A stretch of DNA of 64,000 nt from the NCBI GenBank assembly GCA_023205875.1, contig CP060759.1, positions 930,001 through 994,000 of the forward strand. The letters run 5' to 3'. The position numbers were made by a program, and so were the translations under genes. Within the stretch, counting starts at the first letter, position 1. The number at the start of each line of letters is the position of its first letter. The notes beneath the pieces were generated by a model, which was not told the DNA's origin, did no database searches, and saw only the letters and a program-made list of their open reading frames with translations. Shown in pieces: positions 38,101 through 48,362 of the stretch. The DNA is from Chloropicon primus. Lineage: Eukaryota.

Positions 38101-41100
38101 GCGAATTGCTCAGCGATGAATATGGGCAGTTGCATGCCTCGGGCCTCCACAGCGCGGGGAGGATCGTGTTGAACCTCTGGAGAATTCTTCGGTCCGAGCT
38201 GAAGCTGAGCATATACTCTTTTCACAATTGCGTCCACGCCCTGACTCGGAGAAGGGTTCCTCACTTTTTGCCGGCCCAGTTGACGACTTGGTACCAGAGG
38301 GAATCCTCAAGACACCGGTGCCTTGAGCATCTCGTGCTGAGATCGGTGCTGAACTTGGAGATGATCGAGTGCCTGGACCTTGTGAGCCGAACTTGCGAGC
38401 TCGCAAAGGTGTATGGCATCGATTTCTTCTCGGTGCTCACCCGAGGAAGTCAGTACAGGGTGGAGTCGCTGCTTCTGAGGCTGGCCCACACGCAGAACTA
38501 CATCTTGATCTCTCCCTCGAAATCTCAAGTGGCGAACCAATCTGCGATGGAGTGCCTGCCCCTTGTCATGGAGCCTGAAAGCAGGTTCTACACCTCCCCC
38601 GTGCTTGTGCTTGACTTCCAGTCGCTTTACCCTTCGATGGTCATGGCATACAACCTTTGCTACAGCACGCTGGCCGGACACGTAGAATCGTCCGACCTCG
38701 CGCAGTCTCTGGGGATTCTTTCAAGGTACAGCTCGAGCGCTCTGCTGGAGGGGGACGTGCCTGTCGACGAGCTGATCTTTTCTCCAAACGGCTCTCTTTT
38801 CGCTTCTGCCAATGTGAGGAAAGGCGTCCTGCCCAGGATGCTGCAGGAAATTTTGGATACTCGCCAGATGCTGAAGAAAACCATGAAGGGGCTGAGTTCC
38901 CGCCAGAAGGCCTTGTACAGGCTTTTGAACTCCCGCCAGTTCGCTCTCAAGCTCCTGGCCAACGTAACGTACGGCTACACGGCAGCGGGATTCTCTGGGC
39001 GAATGCCCTGTTCCCAGCTCGCTGACGCCATTGTTCAATTCGGAAGGGTCACGATGGAGAATGCGATCAAAGTCGTGGAAAGCAACCCAAAGTGGCAGGC
39101 CAAAGTCGTCTACGGAGACAGTGTATCGGGCCGCACGCCTTTACTTTTGAAACATGATGGTAACATCGTCGTGAAAAGGATCTGTGATCTGAAGTTGGAT
39201 GCTCATGTGCCGACGTATACATGGACTGAACGTGGTTGGACAAAGATTGAGAATATTGTTTGTCACCGTCTTCGTCCTGACAAGCAGATGCTTCGTATCT
39301 TCACGCACACAGGGATGGTCGATTGCACGAGCGATCATTCTTTAGTGCATGCTGATGGCCATGCTATGTTTCCATCAACTATTGTATGTGGGGAGACTCC
39401 TCTTATGCAATCCTTTCCGAACGAGTGGTCGTCTAAGCATCAGGTTGTGGACGTAACATGCATCCGTGAGTTCGTGTGCAATGGTAAGACATATTCATCT
39501 GGAGTGGAATGTGCAAAATGTTTGGGATTGCCTCGGCAGCCTTCTGGTGCGTGGACGATGAAGACAAAGAAATGTGTCGTCACGGCAGACTTTGCACGCC
39601 TTATGGGGTTCTTTATGGGTGCTGGATCCTGTGGATCGTGTGGTGTCAGATCTACATGGCAGTTAAACAATGCCAACTACACAACGCTCCTTGATTATCA
39701 ATCTATTTTGGAAAAAATATTTCCAGAATTTGGGTGGACTATCATCGATACAATGGCGAGTTCTTCCGTGTACAAACTGGTTCCTTATAAGTCGCAGTAT
39801 GGTTCGGTTGTCCATTTTATAAGCGCATGGAGGAAGTTGGCTTACTGTGAAAAGAACAAGGTTGTTCCTTCTGTCATCCTCAATTCTCCACAAGAGGTGA
39901 GAAGCTCTTTTCTTCGGGGTCTTCACGATGCAGACGGAACAAAGAGATCAAAGTTACCCGAGGTTAGTCAGAAGAGTCAAATTGCTGCGCATTCCATATG
40001 TACTTTGATGAGGTCGTTGGGATACACCGTAGTTGTTGACGGCAGAAAAGATAAGCCGAATGTGTTCAGGCTAAGGTGCCGAACTAAAATTCGAAAACAA
40101 CTGAACATCGTGAAGAGAGTCATTGAACTCCCCCACGAGGAATACGTCTATGACCTCACAACTGAGAACCATCACTTCCATGCGGGCATCGGTAATATTG
40201 TTGTTCACAACACGGATTCCATTTTCGTGCACCTTCCTGGAAGATCAAGGGAGGAGGCGTTTCGCATCGGGGACGAGATCGCGACGGCGGTCACCTCCGT
40301 CAACCCAAGCCCAGTCTTCCTGAAGTTTGAGAAAGTCTACCACCCCTGCGTCCTGGTGACGAAGAAGAGGTACGTGGGCTACGCCTACGAAAGCCGTGAC
40401 CAAAGCAAGCCTGTCTTTGATGCCAAGGGAATCGAAACCATCAGACGAGATTCGTGCCCGGCTGTGGCCAAGCTGTTGGAGAGGTCGCTGCGGACCCTCT
40501 TTGAGACGGCTGACTTGTCGCTCGTCAAGAAGTACCTGCTGAAGCAATGGGAGAAAATTTTCAAGAGCCGAGTGAGCGTCCAAGACTTTGTCTTTGCAAA
40601 GGAAGTCCGCCTAGGAACGTACAGCGCAAAGGCATCGGTCGTGCCCCCCGCCGCGATTGTTGCCGCCAAGGCCATGGCGCTGGACCCAAGGGCGGAGCCC
40701 AAATACGCCGAGCGGATCCCATACGTTGTTGTCCACGGGGAGCCGGGCGCTAGGCTGGTTGACATGGTCGTGTCACCGGGAACCCTGGTGGGGAGCAGTG
40801 CCGCGCTGCGTCTGCACGAGACGTATTACATCACAAAGCAGATCCTACCGGCGCTGGAAAGGTGCTTCTCTCTCCTCGGGGCTGACGTGAAGGCCTGGTT
40901 TGCCCAGATGCCCAAACCGAATCGTTGGCAGCCCACGAAGCGGCCCATCTCGGCGTTGGGGCTGTCTGGCTTCAGCAACGAGTCCCTCGGGTACAGCCAC
41001 GAGGCGGGCACCCGGAGGACGATCGACCACTTCTACTTGTCCAAGCACTGCGCGGTTTGTGACGAAATGACCGCCACGGACCAGCCCATCTGCGACAAGT

Positions 41101-41330
41101 GCTGCGGTTCTCCTCAGGCCACGGCTCTGGCCCTGCAGGCCAGGTCCGCAACCCTTGAGAGGCACTTGATGAGGCTGAACTCGATATGCTCTCACTGCGG
41201 CGGGGGGGATCTCCGCGGGGCCATTGCTTGCTCTTCCTTGGCTTGCGGGGTCTACTATCTGAGGCAGAAAAACGCGTCCCAGCACAGCGCGTCCGTGATC
41301 CTGATGCTGTCGTCGGACGAGTTCTTCTGA
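35166..41330 (+). CDS. REV3: DNA polymerase zeta catalytic subunit (B-family), intein-containing precursor, 2054 aa
   Basis: REV3-type N-terminus (RVFGSTPAGQTVCLHLH, PFYGYH, FEAHVPY), TRGSQYRVES, VLDFQSLYPS, KLLANVTYGY, split YGD/TDS, DAKGIETIRRD, and C-terminal CysA/CysB (CAVC..CDKC; CSHC..CSSLAC). Confidence 0.96.
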   Translation: MDERPCSTTPTPKHDFRVSIKQIDYYTTKPAPDLDICYSPFTGQEVRVAPVVRVFGSTPAGQTVCLHLHKILPYLYVSYKASPTTSASEHGIYLRKLAHSIDAALHLSQHAHKKADSGASSLKARFVHTCTLVRALPFYGYHQNEEFFAKIYVYDPKDLGKVANALLSGAVMGQAFQPFEAHVPYLLKFKTDYNLHGMEYINLSEVLLREPLPEDEGEGGRQRFPCSESLVEPYPVWTRDNVPRQWLCQKGGSLGAKEAHCDIEADAFGDYVRNPRSVPAISLQEADSDIQMVPSLAPIWAEERQRSRKMGVPFPPKAAASPARNEDFLHRKFRQKFRGAVEENLSQRKDSAPGAQGSQDPDAELSLKLTQAANEVKSPDRVRWEGLSPTSQSHLTTQDADDVLLETLHWMQESNDARAIGGDEIWNGNIGVHERPEGDLEEYMNSSQKECDDIVHSTLQSAEAAGASSPGGWHGLDENFASTTGTRSGAEARSESDDFEPLHLELTVEGSSRSDSDERVEDRLEDALEMQGRAASEEEPSSSLMAFRPITSAPSYADVKSSMRRLELPDVVYTEPFFSDSRDVPKRPTCSAGLEFKLKSASSLDLQGFSCNTRSGSEYLEMLAPRVGGERGGDRLFLLASKKLPPSCEEVNSWLAKRKGRGGSKNVHLPEMDFRMDPNTGQFIDKNDQGELHSLENTQRQSASFVATPSDHLEARPASPKYDEQVPFHLTGSHFYDDDDDDVTAENVESNTPGKQRAESLEMQDLSSGMGDQSGAYGPVGRSARRESARSDATAPGNGVSQITPPSPFKEEGKGNTPSSQAGYTFKHLDETETLHACPKVLSIEIFAENRGTKLPDPKYDAVKAIALVYEKQKSCSGSGAGNVLNLLVSAEASLKTFLCSMKRKHALSEDTEYFVVESEVDLIKMAAGKIVRADPDIVMGYEIQSESVGYLCDRLSLLQPGESFLRLISRSPSIPSNSELLSDEYGQLHASGLHSAGRIVLNLWRILRSELKLSIYSFHNCVHALTRRRVPHFLPAQLTTWYQRESSRHRCLEHLVLRSVLNLEMIECLDLVSRTCELAKVYGIDFFSVLTRGSQYRVESLLLRLAHTQNYILISPSKSQVANQSAMECLPLVMEPESRFYTSPVLVLDFQSLYPSMVMAYNLCYSTLAGHVESSDLAQSLGILSRYSSSALLEGDVPVDELIFSPNGSLFASANVRKGVLPRMLQEILDTRQMLKKTMKGLSSRQKALYRLLNSRQFALKLLANVTYGYTAAGFSGRMPCSQLADAIVQFGRVTMENAIKVVESNPKWQAKVVYGDSVSGRTPLLLKHDGNIVVKRICDLKLDAHVPTYTWTERGWTKIENIVCHRLRPDKQMLRIFTHTGMVDCTSDHSLVHADGHAMFPSTIVCGETPLMQSFPNEWSSKHQVVDVTCIREFVCNGKTYSSGVECAKCLGLPRQPSGAWTMKTKKCVVTADFARLMGFFMGAGSCGSCGVRSTWQLNNANYTTLLDYQSILEKIFPEFGWTIIDTMASSSVYKLVPYKSQYGSVVHFISAWRKLAYCEKNKVVPSVILNSPQEVRSSFLRGLHDADGTKRSKLPEVSQKSQIAAHSICTLMRSLGYTVVVDGRKDKPNVFRLRCRTKIRKQLNIVKRVIELPHEEYVYDLTTENHHFHAGIGNIVVHNTDSIFVHLPGRSREEAFRIGDEIATAVTSVNPSPVFLKFEKVYHPCVLVTKKRYVGYAYESRDQSKPVFDAKGIETIRRDSCPAVAKLLERSLRTLFETADLSLVKKYLLKQWEKIFKSRVSVQDFVFAKEVRLGTYSAKASVVPPAAIVAAKAMALDPRAEPKYAERIPYVVVHGEPGARLVDMVVSPGTLVGSSAALRLHETYYITKQILPALERCFSLLGADVKAWFAQMPKPNRWQPTKRPISALGLSGFSNESLGYSHEAGTRRTIDHFYLSKHCAVCDEMTATDQPICDKCCGSPQATALALQARSATLERHLMRLNSICSHCGGGDLRGAIACSSLACGVYYLRQKNASQHSASVILMLSSDEFF
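39120..40211 (+). mobile_element. Intein (364 aa) with a LAGLIDADG homing-endonuclease region, inserted in REV3 at YGD|TDS
   Basis: Begins Ser (SVSGRTPLLL, block A). Block B is DCTSDHSL, block C-like LMGFFMGAG, block E FLRGLHDADG, block F YVYDLTTENHHF. Ends VVHN with a +1 Thr. Removing it restores YGDTDSIFV exactly. Confidence 0.95.
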
Positions 41331-41475
41331 GAGGAGAGGCATCTTGTACATTACCACCGCGTCTGGTGCGTGTATACTAGCAGGACTGCATTGACGTGGC
41401 CCTGCAATGTGTAACTGTATATAAAGCACTGTGTTATTATCACAATTCGTTCTTCTACAACTACTACTTCTACTA

Positions 41476-42156
41476 CTACTTGATGTCTTCCATCAGCTTG
41501 CGGCGAAGCGTCGTCACGACGCCGCAATAATAGTCTTCCCCGCCGCCGAGGAACTCGTCCATCCTCCACCTTTTCAGAATGTGCGTGTAGGAGGCCCTGG
41601 GAAAGTTGAGCTGAAGGTCGCTCGTGCCGAGCGCGTACCTGCCCTTGAACTCCTCGAAGTCTATCAGGAAAAGTAGGCCCACGTCCCTCGCCTTCGCCGC
41701 CGCGAGCTCGCTCGAGTACGTGCCCAAGTACAGACGCTCCGTCTGCTGCTCCACGCCAAAGCCGAAGCTCCACGAGAGCTCCGATTCCCAGAGCCCCGTC
41801 CACGGGTAGTAGGTCGCACCCCTGTACTCCGTGCTCTCGTAACACGGCAGCACCTGCACGTTCCCCCGGCCTTGGAACCCCGTCGTCGCGACCGGAGGAG
41901 GAGGAGGAGGAAGCTCAGGCGGTGGTCCGTATCCCGCCAGGGGGAGGGGAGGGGCGTAGACGTGGTCCGGACCCGCCTGCGTCGCGCCCGACCAGACGCT
42001 CTCGAAGTTCTCCCCGTTCGATCTCGCCAAGCACGAGTCGAAATCCATTGCCACGCCCTCACCATGAACCAAGCCTGGATCAAAGGTGTCCGACTCTAAC
42101 AGAAAGGTAAAGAAGTCATCTTTCGAGGCAAAGTTCGAAACGTTCGACAAGTCCAT
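41476..42156 (-). CDS. AP2/ERF-domain transcription factor (single divergent AP2 domain)
   Basis: YRGATYYPWTGLWESEL...RLYLGTYSSELAAAKARD...LNFPRASY; acidic/Pro-rich N-terminus. Confidence 0.82.
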   Translation of the reverse strand: MDLSNVSNFASKDDFFTFLLESDTFDPGLVHGEGVAMDFDSCLARSNGENFESVWSGATQAGPDHVYAPPLPLAGYGPPPELPPPPPPVATTGFQGRGNVQVLPCYESTEYRGATYYPWTGLWESELSWSFGFGVEQQTERLYLGTYSSELAAAKARDVGLLFLIDFEEFKGRYALGTSDLQLNFPRASYTHILKRWRMDEFLGGGEDYYCGVVTTLRRKLMEDIK

Positions 42157-42320
42157 AAGGCACGACTGAATATGAATCGCCCCTCTCCGTCCGCAAAGGT
42201 TCGGAGAGGGGCTCTTTCCCTCGAGCGTCGCTTCATCTTCATCTTCTCGTCCCCGTTTTCCAGATCAGCAAGGCAAGAGGCAAGAGGAGATCGATCGTGG
42301 TGGTGGCCGTGGGGGAGGAG

Positions 42321-45300
42321 ATGAAGGAAGCTCGTGGTGGCGAGGTGGTGGACATGTTCAACGAGGAGGTGGACTATGAGCCGGACGAGAGCGAGGACGA
42401 GGACGAATCGAGGGTCGCAGCGAAGGGGGACGAGGCCCGGACGAGAGCCAGCCAAGGGAAAGGAACGCCAGAAGAGTATCCGAGCAATATGCTCATGCTC
42501 GTGGGTCTCCCTCGCAGCATTGGGGGGGAGGTACGCGACTTGGTTTTCGTCGATGTTGGGCTCGCCATCACGTGACTGACGCACCTAAACCTCTCCTCTC
42601 TCTCTCTCTCTCTCTCTCTTCGGGACTTCCCTGCTGCTGGACGACGAACGCAGGAGGTGAAAACGCTGTTTCGACGGGGGGGTCTGAAGCAGGACTTTGG
42701 CTTCGTCTCCGCGGAGCTTTACGAAACGGGTAAGACGACGACGATTCTTCTTTGTGGGTGTGGGGAGCGCGTGCGCTGCGCCGTGCCGTGGTCCTGACTT
42801 TGATTTTTCCTTGTCTTGCCGTCGGGCCAGGGACGGAGGGAAACTGCGCTGTCGTGACTCTTGCTGATCCGAACAAGGTGCTGAAAGCCATGCTGGAGCT
42901 CAGAGGGAGCTCCTTCCCCGGGACGACTTTCAAGGTTGACTTCGTCGAATACGACAAGGCGTTCCACCTGACCCTCGTGGCAGCGGCGCAATACGCCGGC
43001 AAGAAGGAGGGGGGGAACACCGCGTTGGCCTCAACTGCCGCCAAGCTCGCGCAACTGGACAAGCTCAAGGTCTCTGATCTGAAAGCAGAACTCTCGAGGA
43101 GGGGACACAGCACCAACGGGATTAAGAAGAACCTCTTGAGCAAGCTGAAAAAGCTGGTCGCCATAGAGGAAGCGGCGATTCACAATTTGCCTCCGCCGGT
43201 GGTTGAGAAGATCGCGGAGCCCAACACCAAGAAAGCTGCCAGGGTCGGGGCCGGGATGACGAGCGTGTCCTTCGCGGTGGGGGAATCCGTCGAGACGAGG
43301 AAGAAGAGAAAGGTGTCGCTGGAGTGCCCTTACGATATTTTGGAGCTCGTGGCTGGGAAAAGGGAAGCCAAGTTGAGGAACGTCGAGAGAGAGTCGGGTG
43401 TCAGAATACGGGTGGACAGGAAGTTTGACCCCTGCTTGATTGAGATCAGTGGCTTCGATGAGCCTTTGGCTCACGCGAGCGGGGTCATAGGGGAGCTGAT
43501 CGAGGCCAGCCGGGCGACTGGCTTGAGGCCCTTCAGCGAGGACTTGGATGCGCACAGGATTTCGAGCATCGATCGCCCAACGACGTCTTCGGAAACGAAG
43601 CAGACAATCAAGTGCCAGACCGAGCTTCTCCCCCTCGTTCTGGGGAAAAGGCCTCAGCTGAAAAACAAGAGGGACATCGAGCGGAGGAGTGGGACAAGCA
43701 TCTACGTTTTCACGAAGCAGAACCCTTGTCTGATAGATGTCACGGGGAGCCACGGGGGGGTAGCTGATGCAATTGCAGCGTTGAAGCTGCTCATCAAGGA
43801 GAGTCGAGCCCGCTTTGCTGAGGAGACTATTCGCTGCCCTCGGTTTGCCGTCCGCTTTGTCATTGGCGTCCGTGGTTCTGTAGTAAGCGAGATCCAGGAC
43901 ACCGCGAACGTGACGATAGACATCGATCAGAGTTACGATCCGTGTAACGTCCGCATCACTGGTGACAAGGAATGTGTGGCAAAGGCCCTCAACATCGTGA
44001 GGGGCATCATCAAGGAGCGTGGAGACCCCGAGGCCATCGAGGTTGTCATGTGCCCCTTTGATCTCCTGCCTCTCGTCGTTGGGGTCGACTTTGGCTTGAT
44101 TCACAAGATCGAAAAGGAGACTGGGGCAGCAATCGCTGTGGACAAGAAGTTCGATCCTTGCGCGTTGCACGTCCGTGGAAGCCGGGAAAGCGTGGATCGT
44201 GCGAGCGCGGCCATCAAGAGATCTGTGAAGGACAACGAATCTCTCCTCGTGTCGAAGGTCATAGATTGCCCCAAAGCCGTTGTGGCCTACGTCATAGGCA
44301 AGAATGGTGTGACCGTGAGCAAAGTAGAGAGAGACACGGGTGCAAAGATCGAAATTGATGAGAGGGTGGCACCGTGCAAGATCAGCATCACGGGACTCGA
44401 GGAGAACGTGACCAAAGCGGTAGAGTGGATGGGGACTTTAATCAAGGAAGCTCCAGACTTCAGGGAGACGATCGAATGCCCCTACAATATTTACATGGTC
44501 ATTGTTGGCCCCCAGCACGCCACGATGCGCGACATTGAGAGGGAGACCAATACCAGAATAAGAGCAGACAGCAATTACGACCCGTGCTTGTTTCATATCG
44601 AAGGGAAGAAGGAGAAGGTGATACGTGCATGCGAGCTAGTGGGCAAGCTCGTTGAGGAACACAAGATGTCGTTTGCTCGCGAGACCGTCGAGTGCGGGCT
44701 GCCTGCTATTGGGCCCCTCCTTGGTGAAGGAGGCTCAAACCTAACGAAGATTAGGAAGGAAACTCAGACGTTCATGCATGTGGACAATGACGTTGAACCG
44801 TGCAAGATTAATATTTCTGGCACCAAGGACCACGTTGCCCACGCCATGAGGATTGTGAAGGAAATCATCGACAGAAACACTGACATCGATACGATCGAGT
44901 GCCCCAAGGAACTCATTCACGTTGTGGTTGGTATCCAGAAAGACAAAAAGTTCTCAAACATCATAAATATTCAAGAGGCGTGTGGCATCAGGGTGCATGT
45001 GGCAACGGATCCCGATCCGTGTGTCATCGATCTTCTTGGTTGTGAGAAGGGTGTGGCCCAAGGCAGGCAGATGGTCATGCGTTTGATAAACGAGTGCAAA
45101 GCTGGATTCGTTGAAGATACTTTGGATTGCCCCAAGTCCATTGTTGGCTACATCATAGGATCAAGGGGGACAAACGTGCAAAAGGTCGAGGATGGATCGG
45201 GCGCAAAGGTTCAGATCCGCCAGGACTGTGACCCTTGCCGAATTCGCGTCTCTGGAGACAGGGAGAGCGTGGACAAGGCACTGGAATTGGTGAAGAAACT

Positions 45301-48097
45301 CATGCTGCAGAGTGGTGGCCCTCGAACCGAAACTTCGGTGGAGTGTCCTTTCGACATTCTGCGGCTTGTTGCGGGCATTGAAGGACAGAACCTGCGCACA
45401 ATCGAGAGGGAGACGCACACGAGGATTGATGTCGACAACAAGTATGACCCTTGCGTGATCCACATTCGAGGGAATGACGCCAAGGTGGCTGACGCTACGG
45501 ACAGGATCCAGCGCCTAATGGAAGAGCACAGCGCTTCCCTCGCGGAAGAGACTTTGGATTGCCCCAGGCATACGGTGGGCATCATCATTGGCAAGGGAGG
45601 TACGACCGTGCGCAAGATCGAGAAGGACACGGGTGCGAGGGTCGATATCCGCCAGGACTGTGACCCTTGCCAAGTTCACATCTCTGGAGACAGGGAGAGC
45701 GTGGACAAGGCGCTCGAGGCTGTGAAGAAACTGTTGATCTCCGACGCTCCTGAGGTTAGAAAATCAGTGGAGTGTCCTTTCGACATTCTGCGGCTTGTTG
45801 CGGGCATTGAAGGACAGAACCTGCGCACAATCGAGAGGGAGACGCACACGAGGATTGATGTCGACAACAAGTATGACCCTTGCGTGATCCACATTCGAGG
45901 GAATGACGCCAAGGTGGCTGACGCTACGGACAGGATCCAGCGCCTAATGGAAGAGCACAGCGCTTCCCTCGCGGAAGAGACTTTGGATTGCCCCAGGCAT
46001 ACGGTGGGCATCATCATTGGCAAGGGAGGTACGACCGTGCGCAAGATCGAGAAGGACACGGGTGCGAGGGTCGACATCCGCCAGGACTGTGACCCTTGCC
46101 AAGTTCACATCTCTGGAGACAGGGAGAGCGTGGACAAGGCGCTCGAGGCTGTGAAGAAACTGTTGATCTCCGACGCTCCTGAGGTTAGAAAATCAGTGGA
46201 GTGTCCTTTCGACATTCTGCGGCTTGTTGCGGGCATTGAAGGACAGAACCTGCGCACAATCGAGAGGGAGACGCACACGAGGATTGATGTCGACAACAAG
46301 TATGACCCTTGCGTGATCCACATTCGAGGGAATGACGCCAAGGTGGCTGACGCTACGGACAGGATCCAGCGCCTAATGGAAGAGCACAGCGCTTCCCTCG
46401 CGGAAGAGACTTTGGATTGCCCCAGGCATACGGTGGGCATCATCATTGGCAAGGGAGGTACGACCGTGCGCAAGATCGAGAAGGACACGGGTGCGAGGGT
46501 CGATATCCGCCAGGACTGTGACCCTTGCCAAGTTCACATCTCTGGAGACAGGGAGAGCGTGGACAAGGCGCTCGAGGCTGTGAAGAAACTGTTGATCTCC
46601 GACGCTCCTGAGGTTAGAAAATCAGTGGAGTGTCCTTTCGACATTCTGCGGCTTGTTGCGGGCATTGAAGGACAGAACCTGCGCACAATCGAGAGGGAGA
46701 CGCACACGAGGATTGATGTCGACAACAAGTATGACCCTTGCGTGATCCACATTCGAGGGAATGACGCCAAGGTGGCTGACGCTACGGACAGGATCCAGCG
46801 CCTAATGGAAGAGCACAGCGCTTCCCTCGCGGAAGAGACTTTGGATTGCCCCAGGCATACGGTGGGCATCATCATTGGCAAGGGAGGTACGACCGTGCGC
46901 AAGATCGAGAAGGACACGGGTGCGAGGGTCGACATCCGCCAGGACTGTGACCCTTGCCAAGTTCACATCTCTGGAGACAGGGAGAGCGTGGACAAGGCGC
47001 TCGAGGCTGTGAAGAAACTGTTGATCTCCGACGCTCCTGAGGTTAGAAAATCAGTGGAGTGTCCTTTCGACATTCTGCGGCTTGTTGCGGGCATTGAAGG
47101 ACAGAACCTGCGCACAATCGAGAGGGAGACGCACACGAGGATTGATGTCGACAACAAGTATGACCCTTGCGTGATCCACATTCGAGGGAATGACGCCAAG
47201 GTGGCTGACGCTACGGACAGGATCCAGCGCCTAGTGGAAGAGCACAGCGCTTCCCTCGCGGAAGAGACTTTGGATTGCCCCAGGCATACGGTGGGCATCA
47301 TCATTGGCAAGGGAGGTACGACCGTGCGCAAGATCGAGAAGGACACGGGTGCGAGGGTCGACATCCGCCAGGACTGTGACCCTTGCCAAGTTCACATCTC
47401 TGGAGACAGGGAGAGCGTGGACAAGGCGCTCGAGGCTGTGAAGGACCTCCGACGTCGCGCGAAGGACGGTGAGGATGCGGAGGATGCGGAGGATGTCGTT
47501 GAGACTTTGGATTGCCCCAGGCATTGCGTGGGTGCGATCATAGGCAAGGGAGGTACGACCGTGCGCAAGATCGAGAAGGACACGGGTGCGAGGGTCGACA
47601 TCCGCCAGGACTGTGACCCTTGCCAAGTTCACATCTCTGGAGACAGGGAGAGCGTGGACAAGGCGCTCGAGGCTGTGAAGGACCTCCGACGTCGCGCGAA
47701 GGACGGTGAGGATGCGGAGGATGCGGAGGATGTCGTTGAGACTTTGGATTGTCCCAGGCATTGCGTGGGTGCGATCATAGGCAAGGGAGGTACGACCGTG
47801 CGCAAGATCGTTAAAAGCACGGGTGCAAAAATTAAGATCCGCCAGGATTGCGACCCTTGCGTAGCTGTTGTCCGTGGACCTCGTGAGAGTGTGGACAAGG
47901 CGCTCGAGGTGGTGAAGGGGATGATGGAGGAGATACCTGCTCCTGATCTCAGGACCGATCTTGGGACCGGTCCCGGGGCAGACCTAAGGAAGTCTCTCGA
48001 AAGTAAAAAGAGCTCTCCAGATACCAAGAGGAAGAGCCAGGGCACGGGCTCGGCATCCGCGGAGAAGAAGTCCAAGAGAATGAAACGTCTCACGTAA
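42321..48097 (+). CDS. Multi-KH RNA-binding protein: RRM-like + SAP + ~21 KH domains; exons ~42321-42530, 42654-42729, 42831-48097
   Basis: Two phase-compatible GT-AG introns rebuild an RRM-like segment (MLMLVGLPRSIGGEEVKTLF...NCAVVTLA...FKVDF). SAP is LKVSDLKAELSRRGHSTNGIKKNLLSKL. Repeated KH units with IIGKGG-type GxxG loops follow. Confidence 0.85.
45338..47440 (+). repeat. Near-identical 429-bp tandem repeat (~5 copies), each encoding two KH domains
   Basis: GAGTGTCCTTTCGACATT recurs at 45341, 45770, 46199, 46628 and 47057. Confidence 0.93.
47264..47810 (+). repeat. 237-bp tandem repeat encoding single KH domains
   Basis: GAGACTTTGGATTG recurs at 47264, 47501 and 47738. Confidence 0.9.
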
Positions 48098-48362
48098 ACT
48101 ACCAACCAGAGAATGAAACGTTTCACGTCGTCGTCCACCACAAACACAAAACCAAAACCAAATTCGGTCTTGGGGGAACTTGTGGCTGTCCGTTCGTCCG
48201 TCCCAAATTGTCCCAAATTGTGGTTGACAGATGGCGCGCCAGGCAAGGAGGGAAGGGGAGGAGGGGAGAACTACCCGACAATCTCGGCGACGAGTTTGAC
48301 GACGGTGACGAGGCACCCGTTTGCGTGGCCCGCGTTATTCCTCCTCGCTCTTGTGGGACGCC

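Noticed and set aside
48075..48128. 21-bp near-direct repeat (AGAGAATGAAACGTyTCACGT) around the KH gene stop
   Set aside because: Only two copies; most simply a small local duplication, with no sign of CRISPR or a transposon target-site duplication.
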